Below, one piece after another: positions 46,931 through 61,900 of a DNA stretch of 64,000 nucleotides. The DNA is from Eledone cirrhosa (lineage: Eukaryota): NCBI GenBank assembly GCA_964016885.1, contig OZ024744.1, positions 118,854,001-118,918,000 on the forward strand, written 5' to 3'. Made by a program: the position numbers and the translations under genes. The notes under the pieces are model-generated. The model did not search any database. It was not told where the DNA came from and saw only the letters and a program-made list of their open reading frames with translations. How positions within the stretch are numbered: the first letter of the stretch is position 1; each line of letters begins with the position of its first letter.

Positions 46931-49900
46931 GGTGATCCTCTGGTCAGTACTGGTGGGGCTCCCACTGTCCTAAACAATTGCCCTGGTGATCCTCTGGTCA
47001 GTACTGGTGGGGCTCCCACTGTCCTAAACAATTGCCCTGGTGATCCTCTGGTCAGTACTGGTAGGGCTCCCACTGTCCTAAACAATTGCCCTGGTCATCC
47101 TCTCGTCAGTACTGGTAGGGCTCCCACTGTCCTAAACAGTTGCCCTGGTGATCCTCTGGTCAGTACTGGTAGGGCTCCCACTGTCCTAAACAATTGCCCT
47201 GGTGATCCTCTGGTCAGTACTGGTGGGGTTCCCACTGTCCTAAACAATTGTCCTGGTCATCCTCTGGTCAGTACTGGTGGGGCTCCCACTGTCCTAAACA
47301 ATTGCCCTGGTCATCCTCTGGTCAGTACTGGTGGGGCTCCCACTGTCCTAAACAATTGCCCTGGTGATCCTCTGGTCAGTACTGGTAGGGCTCCCACTGT
47401 CCTAAACAATTGTCCTGGTGATCCTCTGGTCAGTACTGGTGGGGTTCCCACTGTCCTAAACAATTGCCCTAGTCATCCTCTGGTCAGTATTGGTAGGGCT
47501 CCCACTGTCCTAAACAATTGCCCTGGTGATCCTCTGGTCAGTGCTGGTGGGGCTCCCACTGTCCTAAACAATTGCCCTGGTGATCCTCTGGCCAGTACTG
47601 GTGGGGCTCCCACTGTCCTAAACAATTGCCCTGGTGATCCTCTGGTCAGTACTGGTAGGGCTCCCACTGTCCTAAACAATTGCCCTGGTGATCCTCTGGT
47701 CAGTACTGGTAGGGCTCCCACTGTCCTAAACAATTGCCCTGGTGATCCTCTGGTCAGTACTGGTGGGGTTCCCACTGTCCTCAACAATTGTCCTGGTCAT
47801 CCTCTGGTCAGTACTGGTGGGGCTCCCACTGTCCTAAACAATTGCCCTGGTCAGTACTAGTAGGGCTCCCACTGTCCTAAACAATTGTCCTGGTGAACCT
47901 CTGGTCAGTACTGGTGGGGTTCCCACTGTCCTAAACAATTGCCCTGGTGATCCTCTGGTCAGTATTGGTAGGGCTCCCACTGTCCTAAACAATTGCCCTG
48001 GTGATCCTCTGGTCAGTACTGGTAGGGCTCCCACTGTCCTAAACAATTGCCCTGGTGATCCTCTGGTCAGTACTGGTAGGGTTCCCACTGTCCTAAACAA
48101 TTGTCCTGGTCAGTACTGGTGGGGCTCCCACTGTCCTAAACAATTGCCCTGGTCAGTACTGGTAGGGCTCCCACTGTCCTAAACAATTGTCCTGGTGATC
48201 CTCTGGTCAGTACTGGTGGGGTTCCCACTGTCCTAAACAATTGCCCTGGTGATCCTCTGGTCAGTACTGGTAGGGTTCCCACTGTCCTAAACAATTGCCC
48301 TGGTGATCCTCTGGTCAGTACTGGTAGGGCTCCCACTGTCCTAAACAATTGTCCTGGTGATCCTCTGGTCAGTACTGGTAGGGCTCCCACTCCTAAACAA
48401 TTGCCCTGGTGATCCTCTGGTCAGTATTGGTAGGGCTCCCACTGTCTAAACAATTGCCCTGGTGGGGCTCCCACTGTCCTAAACAATTGTCCTGGTTAGT
48501 ACTGGTGGGGCTCCCACTGTCCTACACAATTGCCCTGGTCAGTACTGGTAGGGCTCCCACTGTCCTAAACAATTGTCCTGGTGATCCTCTGGTCAGTACT
48601 GGTGGGGCTCCCACTGTCCTGAACAATTGCCCTGGTGATCCTCTGGTCAGTACTGGTAGGGCTCCCACTGTCCTAAACAATTGTCCTGGTGATCCTCTGG
48701 TCAGTACTGGTAGGGCTCCCACTGTCCTAAACAATTGTCCTGGTCATCCTCTGGTCAGTACTGGTGGGGCTCCCACTGTCCTAAACAATTGCCCTGGTGA
48801 TCCTCTGGTCAGTATTGGTAGGGCTCCCACTGTCCTAAACAATTGCCCTGGTGATCCTCTGGTCAGTACTGGTAGGGCTCCCACTGTCCTAAACAATTGT
48901 CCTGGTCATCCTCTGGTCAGTACTGGTAGGGCTCCCACTGTCCTAAACAATTGTCCTGGTCATCCTCTGGTCAGTACTGGTGGGGCTCCCACTGTCCTAA
49001 ACAATTGCCCTGGTGATCCTCTGGTCAGTACTGGTGGGGTTCCCACTGTCCTAAACAATTGCCCTGGTGATCCTCTGGTCAGTATTGGTAGGGCTCCCAC
49101 TGTCCTAAACAATTGCCCTGGTGATCCTCTGGTCAGTACTGGTAGGGCTCCCACTGTCCTAAACAATTGCCCTGGTGATCCTCTGGTCAGTACTGGTAGG
49201 GCTCCCACTGTCTAAACAATTGCCCTGGTGATCCTCTGGTCAGTACTGGTAGGGCTCCCACTGTCCTAAACAATTGCCCTGGTGATCCTCTGGTCAGTAT
49301 TGGTAGGGCTCCCACTGTCCTAAACAATTGCCCTGGTGATGCTCTGGTCAGTACTGGTAGGGCTCCCACTGTCCTAAACAATTGCCCTGGTGATCCTCTG
49401 GTCAGTACTGGTAGGGCTCCCACTGTCCTAAACAATTGCCCTGGTGATCCTCTGGTCAGTATTGGTAGGGCTCCCACTGTCCTAAACAATTGCCCTGGTG
49501 ATCCTCTGGTCAGTACTGGTAGGGCTCCCACTGTCCTAAACAATTGCCCTGGTGATCCTCTGGTCAGTACTGGTGGGGTTCCCACTGTCTAAACAATTGC
49601 CCTGGTGATCCTCTGGTCAGTACTGGTGGGGCTCCCACTGTCCTAAACAATTGTCCTGGTTAGTACTGGTGGGGCTCCCACTGTCCTAAACAATTGCCCT
49701 GGTCAGTACTGGTAGGGCTCCCACTGTCCTAAACAATTGCCCTGGTGATCCTCTGGTCAGTACTGGTGGGGCTCCCACTGTCCTAAACAATTGCCCTGGT
49801 CAGTACTGGTAGGGCTCCCACTGTCCTAAACAATTGCCCTGGTCAGTACTGGTGGGGCTCCCACTGTCCTAAACAATTGTCCTGGTGATCCTCTGGTCAG

Positions 49901-52900
49901 TATTGGTAGGGCTCCCACTGTGCTAAACAATTGCCCTGGTGATCCTCTGGTCAGTACTGGTGGGGCTCCCACTGTCCTAAACAATTGCCCTGGTGATCCT
50001 CTGGTCAGTATTGGTAGGGCTCCCACTGTCCTAAACAATTGTCCTGGTCATCCTCTGGTCAGTACTGGTAGGGCTCCCACTGTCCTAAACAATTGTCCTG
50101 GTCATCCTCTGGTCAGTACTGGTGGGGCTCCCACTGTCCTAAACAATTGCCCTGGTGATCCTCTGGTCAGTACTGGTGGGGTTCCCACTGTCCTAAACAA
50201 TTGCCCTGGTGATCCTCTGGTCAGTATTGGTAGGGCTCCCACTGTCCTAAACAATTGCCCTGGTGATCCTCTGGTCAGTACTGGTAGGGCTCCCACTGTC
50301 CTAAACAATTGCCCTGGTGATCCTCTGGTCAGTACTGGTAGGGCTCCCACTGTCTAAACAATTGCCCTTGTGATCCTCTGGTCAGTACTGGTAGGGCTCC
50401 CACTGTCCTAAACAATTGCCCTGGTGATCCTCTGGTCAGTATTGGTAGGGCTCCCACTGTCCTAAACAATTGCCCTGGTGATGCTCTGGTCAGTACTGGT
50501 AGGGCTCCCACTGTCCTAAACAATTGCCCTGGTGATCCTCTGGTCAGTACTGGTAGGGCTCCCACTGTCCTAAACAATTGCCCTGGTGATCCTCTGGTCA
50601 GTATTGGTAGGGCTCCCACTGTCCTAAACAATTGCCCTGGTGATCCTCTGGTCAGTACTGGTAGGGCTCCCACTGTCCTAAACAATTGCCCTGGTGATCC
50701 TCTGGTCAGTACTGGTGGGGTTCCCACTGTCTAAACAATTGCCCTGGTGATCCTCTGGTCAGTACTGGTGGGGCTCCCACTGTCCTAAACAATTGTCCTG
50801 GTTAGTACTGGTGGGGCTCCCACTGTCCTAAACAATTGCCCTGGTCAGTACTGGTAGGGCTCCCACTGTCCTAAACAATTGCCCTGGTGATCCTCTGGTC
50901 AGTACTGGTGGGGCTCCCACTGTCCTAAACAATTGCCCTGGTCAGTACTGGTAGGGCTCCCACTGTCCTAAACAATTGCCCTGGTCAGTACTGGTGGGGC
51001 TCCCACTGTCCTAAACAATTGTCCTGGTGATCCTCTGGTCAGTATTGGTAGGGCTCCCACTGTGCTAAACAATTGCCCTGGTGATCCTCTGGTCAGTACT
51101 GGTGGGGCTCCCACTGTCCTAAACAATTGCCCTGGTGATCCTCTGGTCAGTACTGGTAGGGTTCCCACTGTCCTAAACAATTGCCCTGGTCATCCTCTGG
51201 TCAGTACTGGTGGGGCTCCCACTGTCCTAAACAATTGCCCTGGTCATCCTCTGGTCAGTACTGGTAGGGCTCCCACTGTCCTAAACAATTGCCCTGGTCA
51301 TCCTCTGGTCAGTACTGGTAGGGCTCCCACTGTCCTAAACAATTGCCCTGGTCATCCTCTGGTCAGTACTGGTAGGGGTCCCACTGTCCTAAACAATTGT
51401 CCTGGTGATCCTCTGGTCAGTACTGGTGGGGCTCCCACTGTCCTAAACAATTGCCCTGGTGATCCTCTGGTCAGTATTGGTAGGGCTCCCACTGTCCTAA
51501 ACAATTGCCCTGGTCAGTACTGGTGGGCTTCCCACTGTCCTAAACAATTGCCCTGGTGATCCTCTGGTCAGTACTAGTAGGGCTCCCACTATCCTAAACA
51601 ATTGCCCTGGTCAGTACTGGTAGGGCTCCCACTGTCCTAAACAATTGCCCTGGTCAGTACTGCTAGGGCATGCACTCCTAAACAATTGCCCTGGTGATCC
51701 TCTGGTCAGTACTGGTAGGGTCCCACTATCCTAAACAATTGCCCTGGTCAGTACTGGTAGGGCTCCCACTGTCCTAAACAATTGCCCTGGTGATCCTCTG
51801 GTCAGTACTGGTAGGGCTCCCACTATCCTAAACAATTGCCCTGGTCATCTCTGGTCAGTACTTGTAGGGCTCCCACTGTCCTAAACAATTGCCCTGGTCA
51901 GTACTGGTAGGGCTCCCACTGTCCTAAACAATTGCCCTGGTGATCCTCTGGTCAGTACTGGTAGGGCTCCCACTGTCCTAAACAATTGCCCTGGTGATCC
52001 TCTGGTCAGTACTGGTGGGGCTCCCACTGTCCTAAACAATTGCCCTGGTGATCCTCTGGTCAGTACTGGTAGGGCTCCCACTGTCCTAAACAATTGCCCT
52101 GGTCATCCTCTGGTCAGTACTGGTAGGGCTCCCACTGTCCTAAACAATTGCCCTGGTCATCCTCTGGTCAGTACTGGTAGGGCTCCCACTGTCCTAAACA
52201 ATTGCCCTGGTCATCCTCTGGTCAGTACTGGTAGGGCTCCCACTGTCCTAAACAATTGCCCTGGTGATCCTCTGGTCAGTACTGGTGGGGCTCCCACTGT
52301 CCTAAACAATTGCCCTGGTGATCCTCTGGTCAGTGCTGGTGGGGCTCCCACTGTCCTAAACAATTGCCCTGGTCATCCTCTGGTCAGTACTGGTAGGGCT
52401 TCCACTGTCCTAGACAATTGCCCTGATGATCCTCTGGTCAGTACTGGTGGGGCTCCCACTGTCCTAAACAATTGCCCTGGTCATCCTCTGGTCAGTACTG
52501 GTAGGGCTCCCACTGTCCTAAACAATTGCCCTGGTCATCCTCTGGTCAGTACTGGTAGGGCTCCCACTGTCCTAAACAATTGCTCTGGTCAGTACTGGTG
52601 GGGCTCCCACTGTCCTAAACAATTGCCCTGGTCAGTACTGGTGGGGCTCCCACTGTCCTAAACAATTGCCCTGGTCAGTACTGGTAGGGCTCCCACTGTC
52701 CTAAACAATTGCCCTGGTCAGTACTGGTGGGGCTCCCACTGTCCTAAACAATTGCCCTGGTCAGTGCTGGTGGGGCTCCCACTGTCCTAAACAATTGCCC
52801 TGGTCATCCTCTGGTCAGAACTGGTAGGGCTTCCACTGTCCTAGACAATTGCCCTGATGATCCTCTGGTCAGTACTGGTGGGGTTCCCACTGTCCTAAAC

Positions 52901-55900
52901 AATTGCCCTGGTCATCCTCTGGTCAGTACTGGTAGGGCTCCCACTGTCCTAAACAATTGCCCTGGTCAGTACTGGTAGGGCTCCCACTGTCCTAAACAAT
53001 TGCCCTGGTGATCCTCTGGTCAGTACTGGTAGGGCTCCCACTGTCCTAAACAATTGCCCTGGTCATCCTCTGGTCAGTACTGGTAGGGCTCCCACTGTCC
53101 TAAACAATTGCCCTGGTGATCCTCTGGTCAGTACTGGTAGGGCTCCCACTGTCCTAAACAATTGCCCTGGTCATCCTCTGGTCAGTACTGGTAGGGCTCC
53201 CACTGTCCTAAACAATTGCCCTGGTGATCCTCTGGTCAGTACTGGTGGGGCTCCCACTGTCCTAAACAATTGCCCTGGTCATCCTCTGGTCAGTACTGGT
53301 AGGGCTCCCACTGTCCTAAACAATTGCCCTGGTGATCCTCTGGTCAGTACTGGTAGGGCTCCCACTGTCCTAGACAATTGCCCTGGTCAGTACTGGTAGG
53401 GCTCCCACTGTCCTAAACAATTGCCTTGGTCATCCTTTGGTCAGTACTGGTGGGGTTCCCACTGTCCTAAACAATTGTCCTGGTCAGTACTGGTAGGGCT
53501 CCCACTGTCCTAAACAATTGCCCTGGTGATCCTCTGGTCAGTACTGGTAGGGCTCCCACTGTCCTAAACAATTGCCTTGGTCATCCTTTGGTCAGTACTG
53601 GTGGGGTTCCCACTGTCCTAAACAATTGCCCTGGTCAGTACTGGTAGGGCTCCCACTGTCCTAAACAATTGCCCTGGTGATCCTCTGGTCAGTACTGGTG
53701 GGGCTCCCACTGTCCTAAACAATTGCCCTGGTCATCCTCTGGTCAGTACTGGTAGGGCTCCCACTGTCTTAAACAATTGCCCTGGTGATCCTCTGGTCAG
53801 TACTGGTAGGGCTCCCACTGTCCTAAACAATTGCCCTGGTGATCCTCTGGTCAGTATTGGTAGGGCTCCCACTGTCCTAAACAATTGCCCTGGTCATCCT
53901 CTGGTCAGTACTGGTAGGGCTCCCACTGTCTTAAACAATTGCCCTGGTCATCCTCTGGTCAGTACTGGTAGGGCTCCCACTGTCCTAAACAATTGCCCTG
54001 GTGATCCTCTGGTCAGTACTGGTAGGGCTCCCACTGTCCTAAACAATTGCCCTGGTGATCCTCTGGTCAGTACTGGTGGGGTTCCCACTATCCTAAACAA
54101 TTGCCCTGGTGATCCTCTGGTCAGTACTGGTAGGGCTTCCACTGACCTAAACAATTGCCCTGGTGATCCTCTGGTCAGTACTGGTGGGGTTCCCACGGTC
54201 CTAAACAATTGCCCTGGTTATCCTCTGGTCAGTACTGGTGGGGTTCCCACTATCCTAAACAATTGCCCTGGTGATCCTCTGGTCAGTACTGGTAGGGCTC
54301 CCACTGTCCTAAACAATTGCCCTGGTGATCCTCTGGTCAGTACTGGTGGGGTTCCCACTGTCCTAAACAATTGCCCTGGTGATCCTCTGGTCAGTACTGG
54401 TGGGGTTCCCACTATCCTAAACAATTGCCCTGGTGATCCTCTGGTCAGTACTGGTAGGGCTCCCACTGTCCTAAACAATTGCCCTGGTGATCCTCTGGTC
54501 AGTACTGGTGGGGTTCCCACTGTCCTAAACAATTGCCCTGGTGATCCTCTGGTCAGTACTGGTGGGGTTCCCACTATCCTAAACAATTGCCCTGGTGATT
54601 CTCTGGTCAGTACTGGTAGGGCTCCCACTGTCCTAAACAATTGCCCTGGTGATCCTCTGGTCAGTATTGGTAGGGCTCCCACTGTCCTAAACAATTGCCC
54701 TGGTCATCCTCTGGTCAGTACTGGTAGGGCTCCCACTGTCCTAAACAATTGCCCTGGTGATCCTCTGGTCAGTACTGGTGGGGTTCCCACTATCCTAAAC
54801 AATTGCCCTGGTGATCCTCTGGTCAGTACTGGTAGGGCTCCCACTGTCCTAAACAATTGCCCTGGTCAGTACTGGTGGGGTTCCCACTGTCCTAAACAAT
54901 TGCCCTGGTCAGTACTGGTAGGGCTCCCACTGTCCTAAACAATTGCCCTGGTGATCCTCTGGTCAGTACTGGTGGGGTTCCCACTGTCCTAAACAATTGC
55001 CCTGGTCATCCTCTGGTTAGTACTGGTAGGGCTCCCACTGTCCTAAACAATTGCCCTGGTGATCCTCTGGTCAGTACTGGTGGGGTTCCCACTGTCCTAA
55101 ACAATTGCCCTGGTCAGTACTGGTAGGGCTCCCACTGTCCTAAACAATTGCCCTGGTGATCCTCTGGTCAGTACTGGTGGGGTTCCCACTGTCCTAAACA
55201 ATTGCCCTGGTCAGTACTGGTAGGGTTCCCACTGTCCTAAACAATTGCCCTGGTCATCCTCTGGTTAGTACTGGTAGGGCTCCCACTGTCCTAAACAATT
55301 GCCCTGGTGATCCTCTGGTCAGTACTGGTGGGGTTCCCACTGTCCTAAACAATTGCCCTGGTCATCCTCTGGTCAGTACTGGTAGGGCTCCCACTGTCCT
55401 AAACAATTGCCCTGGTCAGTACTGGTGGGGCTCCCACTGTCCTAAACAATTGCCCTGGTCATCCTCTGGTCAGTACTGGTAGGGCTCCCACTGTCTAAAC
55501 AATTGCCCTGGTCAGTACTGGTAGGGCTCCCACTGTCCTAAACAATTGCCCTGTTCAGTACTGGTAGGGCGCCCACTGTCCTAAACAATTGCCCTGGTCA
55601 GTACTGGTAGGGCTCCCACTGTCCTAAACAATTGCCCTGGTCATCCTCTGGTCAGTACTAGTAGGGCTCCCACTGTCCTAAACAATTGCCCTGGTCATCC
55701 TCTGGTTAGTACTGGTAGGGCTCCCACTGTCCTAAACAATTGCCCTGGTCATCCTCTGGTCAGTACTGGTGGGGCTCCCACTGTCCTAAACAATTGCCCT
55801 GGTCAGTACTGGTAGGGCTCCCACTGTCCTAAACAATTGCCCTGGTCAGTACTGGTAGGGCTCCCACTGTCCTAATCAATTGCCCTGGTCAGTACTAGTA

Positions 55901-58900
55901 GGGCTCCCACTGTCCTAAACAATTGCCCTGGTCATCCTCTGGTCAGTACTGGTGGGGCTCCCACTGTCCTAAACAATTGCCCTGGTCATCCTCTGGTCAG
56001 TACTGGTAGGGCTCCCACTGTCCTAAACAATTGCCCTGGTCATCCTCTGGTCAGTACTGGTAGGGCTCCCACTGTCCTAAACAATTGCCCTGGTCATCCT
56101 CTGGTCAGTACTGGTAGGGCTCCCACTGTCCTAAACAATTGCCCTGGTGATCCTCTGGTCAGTACTGGTGGGGCTCCCACTGTCCTAAACAATTGCCCTA
56201 GTGATCCTCTGGTCAGTACTGGTAGGGCTCCCACTGTCCTAAACAATTGCCCTGGTCATCCTCTGGTCAGTACTGGTAGGGCTCCCACTGTCCTAAACAA
56301 TTGCCCTGGTCAGTACTGGTGGGGCTCCCACTGTCCTAAACAATTGCCCTGGTCATCCTCTGGTCAGTACTGGTAGGGCTCCCACTGTCCTAAACAATTG
56401 CCCTGGTCATCCTCTGGTCAGTACTGGTAGGGCTCCCACTGTCCTAAACAATTGCTCTGGTCAGTACTGGTGGGGCTCCCACTGTCCTAAACAATTGCCC
56501 TGGTCAGTACTGGTGGGGCTCCCACTGTCCTAAACAATTGCCCTGGTCATCCTCTGGTCAGTACTGGTAGGGCTCCCACTGTCCTAAACAATTGCCCTGG
56601 TCAGTACTGGTGGGCTCCCACTGTCCTAAACAATTGCCCTGGTCAGTACTGGTAGGGCTCCCACTGTCCTAAACAATTGCCCTGGTCAGTACTGGTGGGG
56701 CTCCCACTGTCCTAAACAATTGCCCTGGTCAGTACTGGTGGGGCTCCCACTGTCCTAAACAATTGCCCTGGTCAGTGCTGGTGGGGCTCCCACTGTCCTA
56801 AACAATTGCCCTGGTCATCCTCTGGTCAGTACTGGTAGGGCTTCCACTGTCCTAGACAATTGCCCTGATGATCCTCTGGTCAGTACTGGTGGGGCTCCCA
56901 CTGTCCTAAACAATTGCCCTGGTCATCCTCTGGTCAGTACTGGTAGGGCTCCCACTGTCCTAAACAATTGCCCTGGTCATCCTCTGGTCAGTACTGGTAG
57001 GGCTCCCACTGTCCTAAACAATTGCCCTGGTCATCCTCTGGTCAGTACTGGTGGGGCTCCCACTGTCCTAAACAATTGCCCTGGTCATCCTCTGGTCAGT
57101 ACTGGTAGGGCTCCCACTGTCCTAAACAATTGCCCTGGTCATCCTCTGGTCAGTACTGGTAGTGCTCCCACTGTCCTAAACAATTGCCCTGGTCAGTACT
57201 GGTGGGGCTCCCACTGTCCTAAACAATTGCCCTGGTCAGTACTGGTAGGGCTCCCACTGTCCTAAACAATTGCCCTGGTCAGTACTGGTGGGGCTCCCAC
57301 TGTCCTAAACAATTGCCCTGGTCAGTGCTGGTGGGGCTCCCACTGTCCTAAACAATTGCCCTGGTCATCCTCTGGTCAGTACTGGTAGGGCTCCCACTGT
57401 CCTAAACAATTGCCCTGGTCATCCTCTGGTCAGTACTGGTAGGGCTCCCACTGTCCTAAACAATTGCCCTGGTCATCCTCTGGTCAGTACTGGTGGGGCT
57501 CCCACTGTCCTAAACAATTGCCCTGGTCAGTACTGGTAGGGCTCCCACTCTCCTAAACAATTGCTCTGGTCAGTACTGGTGGGGCTCCCACTGTCCTAAA
57601 CAATTGCCCTGGTCAGTACTGGTGGGGCTCCCACTGTCCTAAACAATTGCCCTGGTCATCCTCTGGTCAGTACTGGTAGGGCTTCCACTGTCCTAGACAA
57701 TTGCCCTGATGATCCTCTGGTCAGTACTGGTGGGGCTCCCACTGTCCTAAACAATTGCCCTGGTCATCCTCTGGTCAGTACTGGTAGGGCTCCCACTGTC
57801 CTAAACAATTGCCCTGGTCAGTACTGGTAGGGCTCCCACTGTCCTAAACAATTGCCCTGGTGATCCTCTGGTCAGTACTGGTAGGGCTCCCACTGTCCTA
57901 AACAATTGCCCTGGTCATCCTCTGGTCAGTACTGGTAGGGCTCCCACTGTCCTAAACAATTGCCCTGGTGATCCTCTGGTCAGTACTGGTAGGGCTCCCA
58001 CTGTCCTAAACAATTGCCCTGGTCATCCTCTGGTCAGTACTGGTAGGGCTCCCACTGTCCTAAACAATTGCCCTGGTGATCCTCTGGTCAGTACTGGTGG
58101 GGCTCCCACTGTCCTAAACAATTGCCCTGGTCATCCTCTGGTCAGTACTGGTAGGGCTCCCACTGTCCTAAACAATTGCCCTGGTGATCCTCTGGTCAGT
58201 ACTGGTAGGGCTCCCACTGTCCTAGACATTTGCCCTGGTCAGTACTGGTAGGGCTCCCACTGTCCTAAACAATTGCCTTGGTCATCCTTTGGTCAGTACT
58301 GGTGGGGTTCCCACTGTCCTAAACAATTGTCCTGGTCAGTACTGGTAGGGCTCCCACTGTCCTAAAGAATTGCCCTGGTGATCCTCTGGTCAGTACTGGT
58401 AGGGCTCCCACTGTCCTAAACAATTGCCTTGGTCATCCTTTGGTCAGTACTGGTGGGGTTCCCACTGTCCTAAACAATTGCCCTGGTCAGTACTGGTAGG
58501 GCTCCCACTGTCCTAAACAATTGCCCTGGTGATCCTCTGGTCAGTACTGGTGGGGCTCCCACTGTCCTAAACAATTGCCCTGGTCATCCTCTGGTCAGTA
58601 CTGGTAGGGCTCCCACTGTCTTAAACAATTGCCCTGGTGATCCTCTGGTCAGTACTGGTAGGGCTCCCACTGTCCTAAACAATTGCCCTGGTGATCCTCT
58701 GGTCAGTATTGGTAGGGCTCCCACTGTCCTAAACAATTGCCCTGGTCATCCTCTGGTCAGTACTGGTAGGGCTCCCACTGTCTTAAACAATTGCCCTGGT
58801 CATCCTCTGGTCAGTACTGGTAGGGCTCCCACTGTCCTAAACAATTGCCCTGGTGATCCTCTGGTCAGTACTGGTAGGGCTCCCACTGTCCTAAACAATT

Positions 58901-61900
58901 GCCCTGGTGATCCTCTGGTCAGTACTGGTGGGGTTCCCACTATCCTAAACAATTGCCCTGGTGATCCTCTGGTCAGTACTGGTAGGGCTCCCACTGTCCT
59001 AAACAATTGCCCTGGTGATCCTCTGGTCAGTACTGGTGGGGTTCCCACGGTCCTAAACAATTGCCCTGGTGATCCTCTGGTCAGTACTGGTGGGGTTCCC
59101 ACTATCCTAAACAATTTCCCTGGTGATCCTCTGGTCAGTACTGGTAGGGCTCCCACTGTCCTAAACAATTGCCCTGGTGATCCTCTGGTCAGTACTGGTG
59201 GGGTTCCCACTGTCCTAAACAATTGCCCTGGTGATCCTCTGGTCAGTACTGGTGGGGTTCCCACTATCCTAAACAATTGCCCTGGTGATCCTCTGGTCAG
59301 TACTGGTAGGGCTCCCACTGTCCTAAACAATTGCCCTGGTGATCCTCTGGTCAGTACTGGTGGGGTTCCCACTGTCCTAAACAATTGCCCTGGTGATCCT
59401 CTGGTCAGTACTGGTGGGGTTCCCACTATCCTAAACAATTGCCCTGGTGATCCTCTGGTCAGTACTGGTAGGGCTCCCACTGTCCTAAACAATTGCCCTG
59501 GTGATCCTCTGGTCAGTATTGGTAGGGCTCCCACTGTCCTAAACAATTGCCCTGGTCATCCTCTGGTCAGTACTGGTAGGGCTCCCACTGTCCTAAACAA
59601 TTGCCCTGGTGATCCTCTGGTCAGTACTGGTGGGGTTCCCACTATCCTAAACAATTGCCCTGGTGATCCTCTGGTCAGTACTGGTAGGGCTCCCACTGTC
59701 CTAAACAATTGCCCTGGTCAGTACTGGTGGGGTTCCCACTGTCCTAAACAATTGCCCTGGTCAGTACTGGTAGGGCTCCCACTGTCCTAAACAATTGCCC
59801 TGGTGATCCTCTGGTCAGTACTGGTGGGGTTCCCACTGTCCTAAACAATTGCCCTGGTCATCCTCTGGTTAGTACTGGTAGGGCTCCCACTGTCCTAAAC
59901 AATTGCCCTGGTGATCCTCTGGTCAGTACTGGTGGGGTTCCCACTGTCCTAAACAATTGCCCTGGTCAGTACTGGTAGGGCTCCCACTGTCCTAAACAAT
60001 TGCCCTGGTGATCCTCTGGTCAGTACTGGTGGGGTTCCCACTGTCCTAAACAATTGCCCTGGTCATCCTCTGGTTAGTACTGGTAGGGCTCCCACTGTCC
60101 TAAACAATTGCCCTGGTGATCCTCTGGTCAGTACTGGTGGGGTTCCCACTGTCCTAAACAATTGCCCTGGTCATCCTCTGGTCAGTACTGGTAGGGCTCC
60201 CACTGTCCTAAACAATTGCCCTGGTCAGTACAGGTGGGGCTCCCACTGTCCTAAACAATTGCCCTGGTCATCCTCTGGTCAGTACTGGTAGGGCTCCCAC
60301 TGTCTAAACAATTGCCCTGGTCAGTACTGGTAGGGCTCCCACTGTCCTAAACAATTGCCCTGTTCAGTACTGGTAGGGCGCCCACTGTCCTAAACAATTG
60401 CCCTGGTCAGTACTGGTAGGGCTCCCACTGTCCTAAACAATTGCCCTGGTCAGTACTAGTAGGGCTCCCACTGTCCTAAACAATTGCCCTGGTCATCCTC
60501 TGGTCAGTACTGGTAGGGCTCCCACTGTCCTAAACAATTGCCCTGGTCATCCTCTGGTCAGTACTGGTGGGGCTCCCACTGTCCTAAACAATTGCCCTGG
60601 TCAGTACTGGTAGGGCTCCCACTGTCCTAAACAATTGCCCTGGTCATCCTCTGGTCAGTACTGGTAGGGCTCCCACTGTCCTAATCAATTGCCCTGGTCA
60701 GTACTAGTAGGGCTCCCACTGTCCTAAACAATTGCCCTGGTCATCCTCTGGTCAGTACTGGTGGGGCTCCCACTGTCCTAAACAATTGCCCTGGTCATCC
60801 TCTGGTCAGTACTGGTAGGGCTCCCACTGTCCTAAACAATTGCCCTGGTCATCCTCTGGTCAGTACTGGTAGGGCTCCCACTGTTCTAAACAATTGCCCT
60901 GGTCATCCTCTGGTCAGTACTGGTGGGGCTCCCACTGTCCTAAACAATTGCCCTGGTGATCCTCTCGTCAGTATTGGTAGGGCTCCCACTGTCCTAAACA
61001 ATTGCCCTGGTCAGTACTGGTAGGGCTCCCACTGTCCTAAACAATTGCCCTGGTCAGTACTGGTAGGGCTCCCACTGTCCTAAACAATTGGCCTGGTCAG
61101 TACTGGTAGGGCTCCCACTGTCCTAAACAATTGCCCTGGTGATCCTCTGGTCAGTATTGGTAGGGCTCCCACTGTCCTAAACAATTGCCCTGGTCATCCT
61201 CTGGTCAGTACTGGTAGGGCTCCCACTGTCCTAAACAATTGCCCTGGTCATCCTCTGGTCAGTATTGGTAGGGCTCCCACTGTCCTAAACAATTGCCCTG
61301 GTCATCCTCTGGTCAGTACTGGTAGGGCTCCCACTGTCCTAAACAATTGCCCTGGTCATCCTTTGGTCAGTACTGGTAGGGCTCCCACTGTCCTAAACAA
61401 TTGCCCTGGTCATCCTCTGGTCAGTACTGGTAGGGCTCCCACTGTCTAAACAATTGCCCTGGTCATCCTTTGGTCAGTACTGGTAGGGCTCCCACTGTCC
61501 TAAACAATTGCCCTGGTGATCCTCTGGTCAGTACTGGTAGGGCTCCCACTGTTCTAAACAATTGCCCTGGTGATCCTCTGGTCAGTATTGGTAGGGCTCC
61601 CACTGTCCTAAACAATTGCCCTGGTCATCCTCTGGTCAGTACTGGTAGGGCTCCCACTGTCTAAACAATTGCCCTGGTCATCCTCTGGTCAGTATTGGTA
61701 GGGCTCCCACTGTCCTAAACAATTGCCCTGGTCATCCTTTGGTCAGTACTGGTAGGGCTCCCACTGTCCTAAACAATTGCCCTGGTCATCCTCTGGTCAG
61801 TACTGGTAGGGCTCCCACTGTCCTAAACAATTGCCCTGGTCAGTACTGGTAGGGCTCCCACTGTCCTAAACAATTGCCCTGGTCATCCTCTGGTCAGTAC

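Noticed and set aside
52420-52440. CTGATGA motif in satellite variants (also ~52855, 56865, 57705) as a hammerhead core
   Set aside because: Single-base variant of ctggtga; no GAAA or compatible stems
46778-61664. Long ORFs of PGDPLVSTGRAPTVLNNC and LFRTVGALPVLTRGSPGQ repeats
   Set aside because: By-product of a 54-bp unit (multiple of 3); constantly broken by 43- and 53-bp variants; lies in an intron
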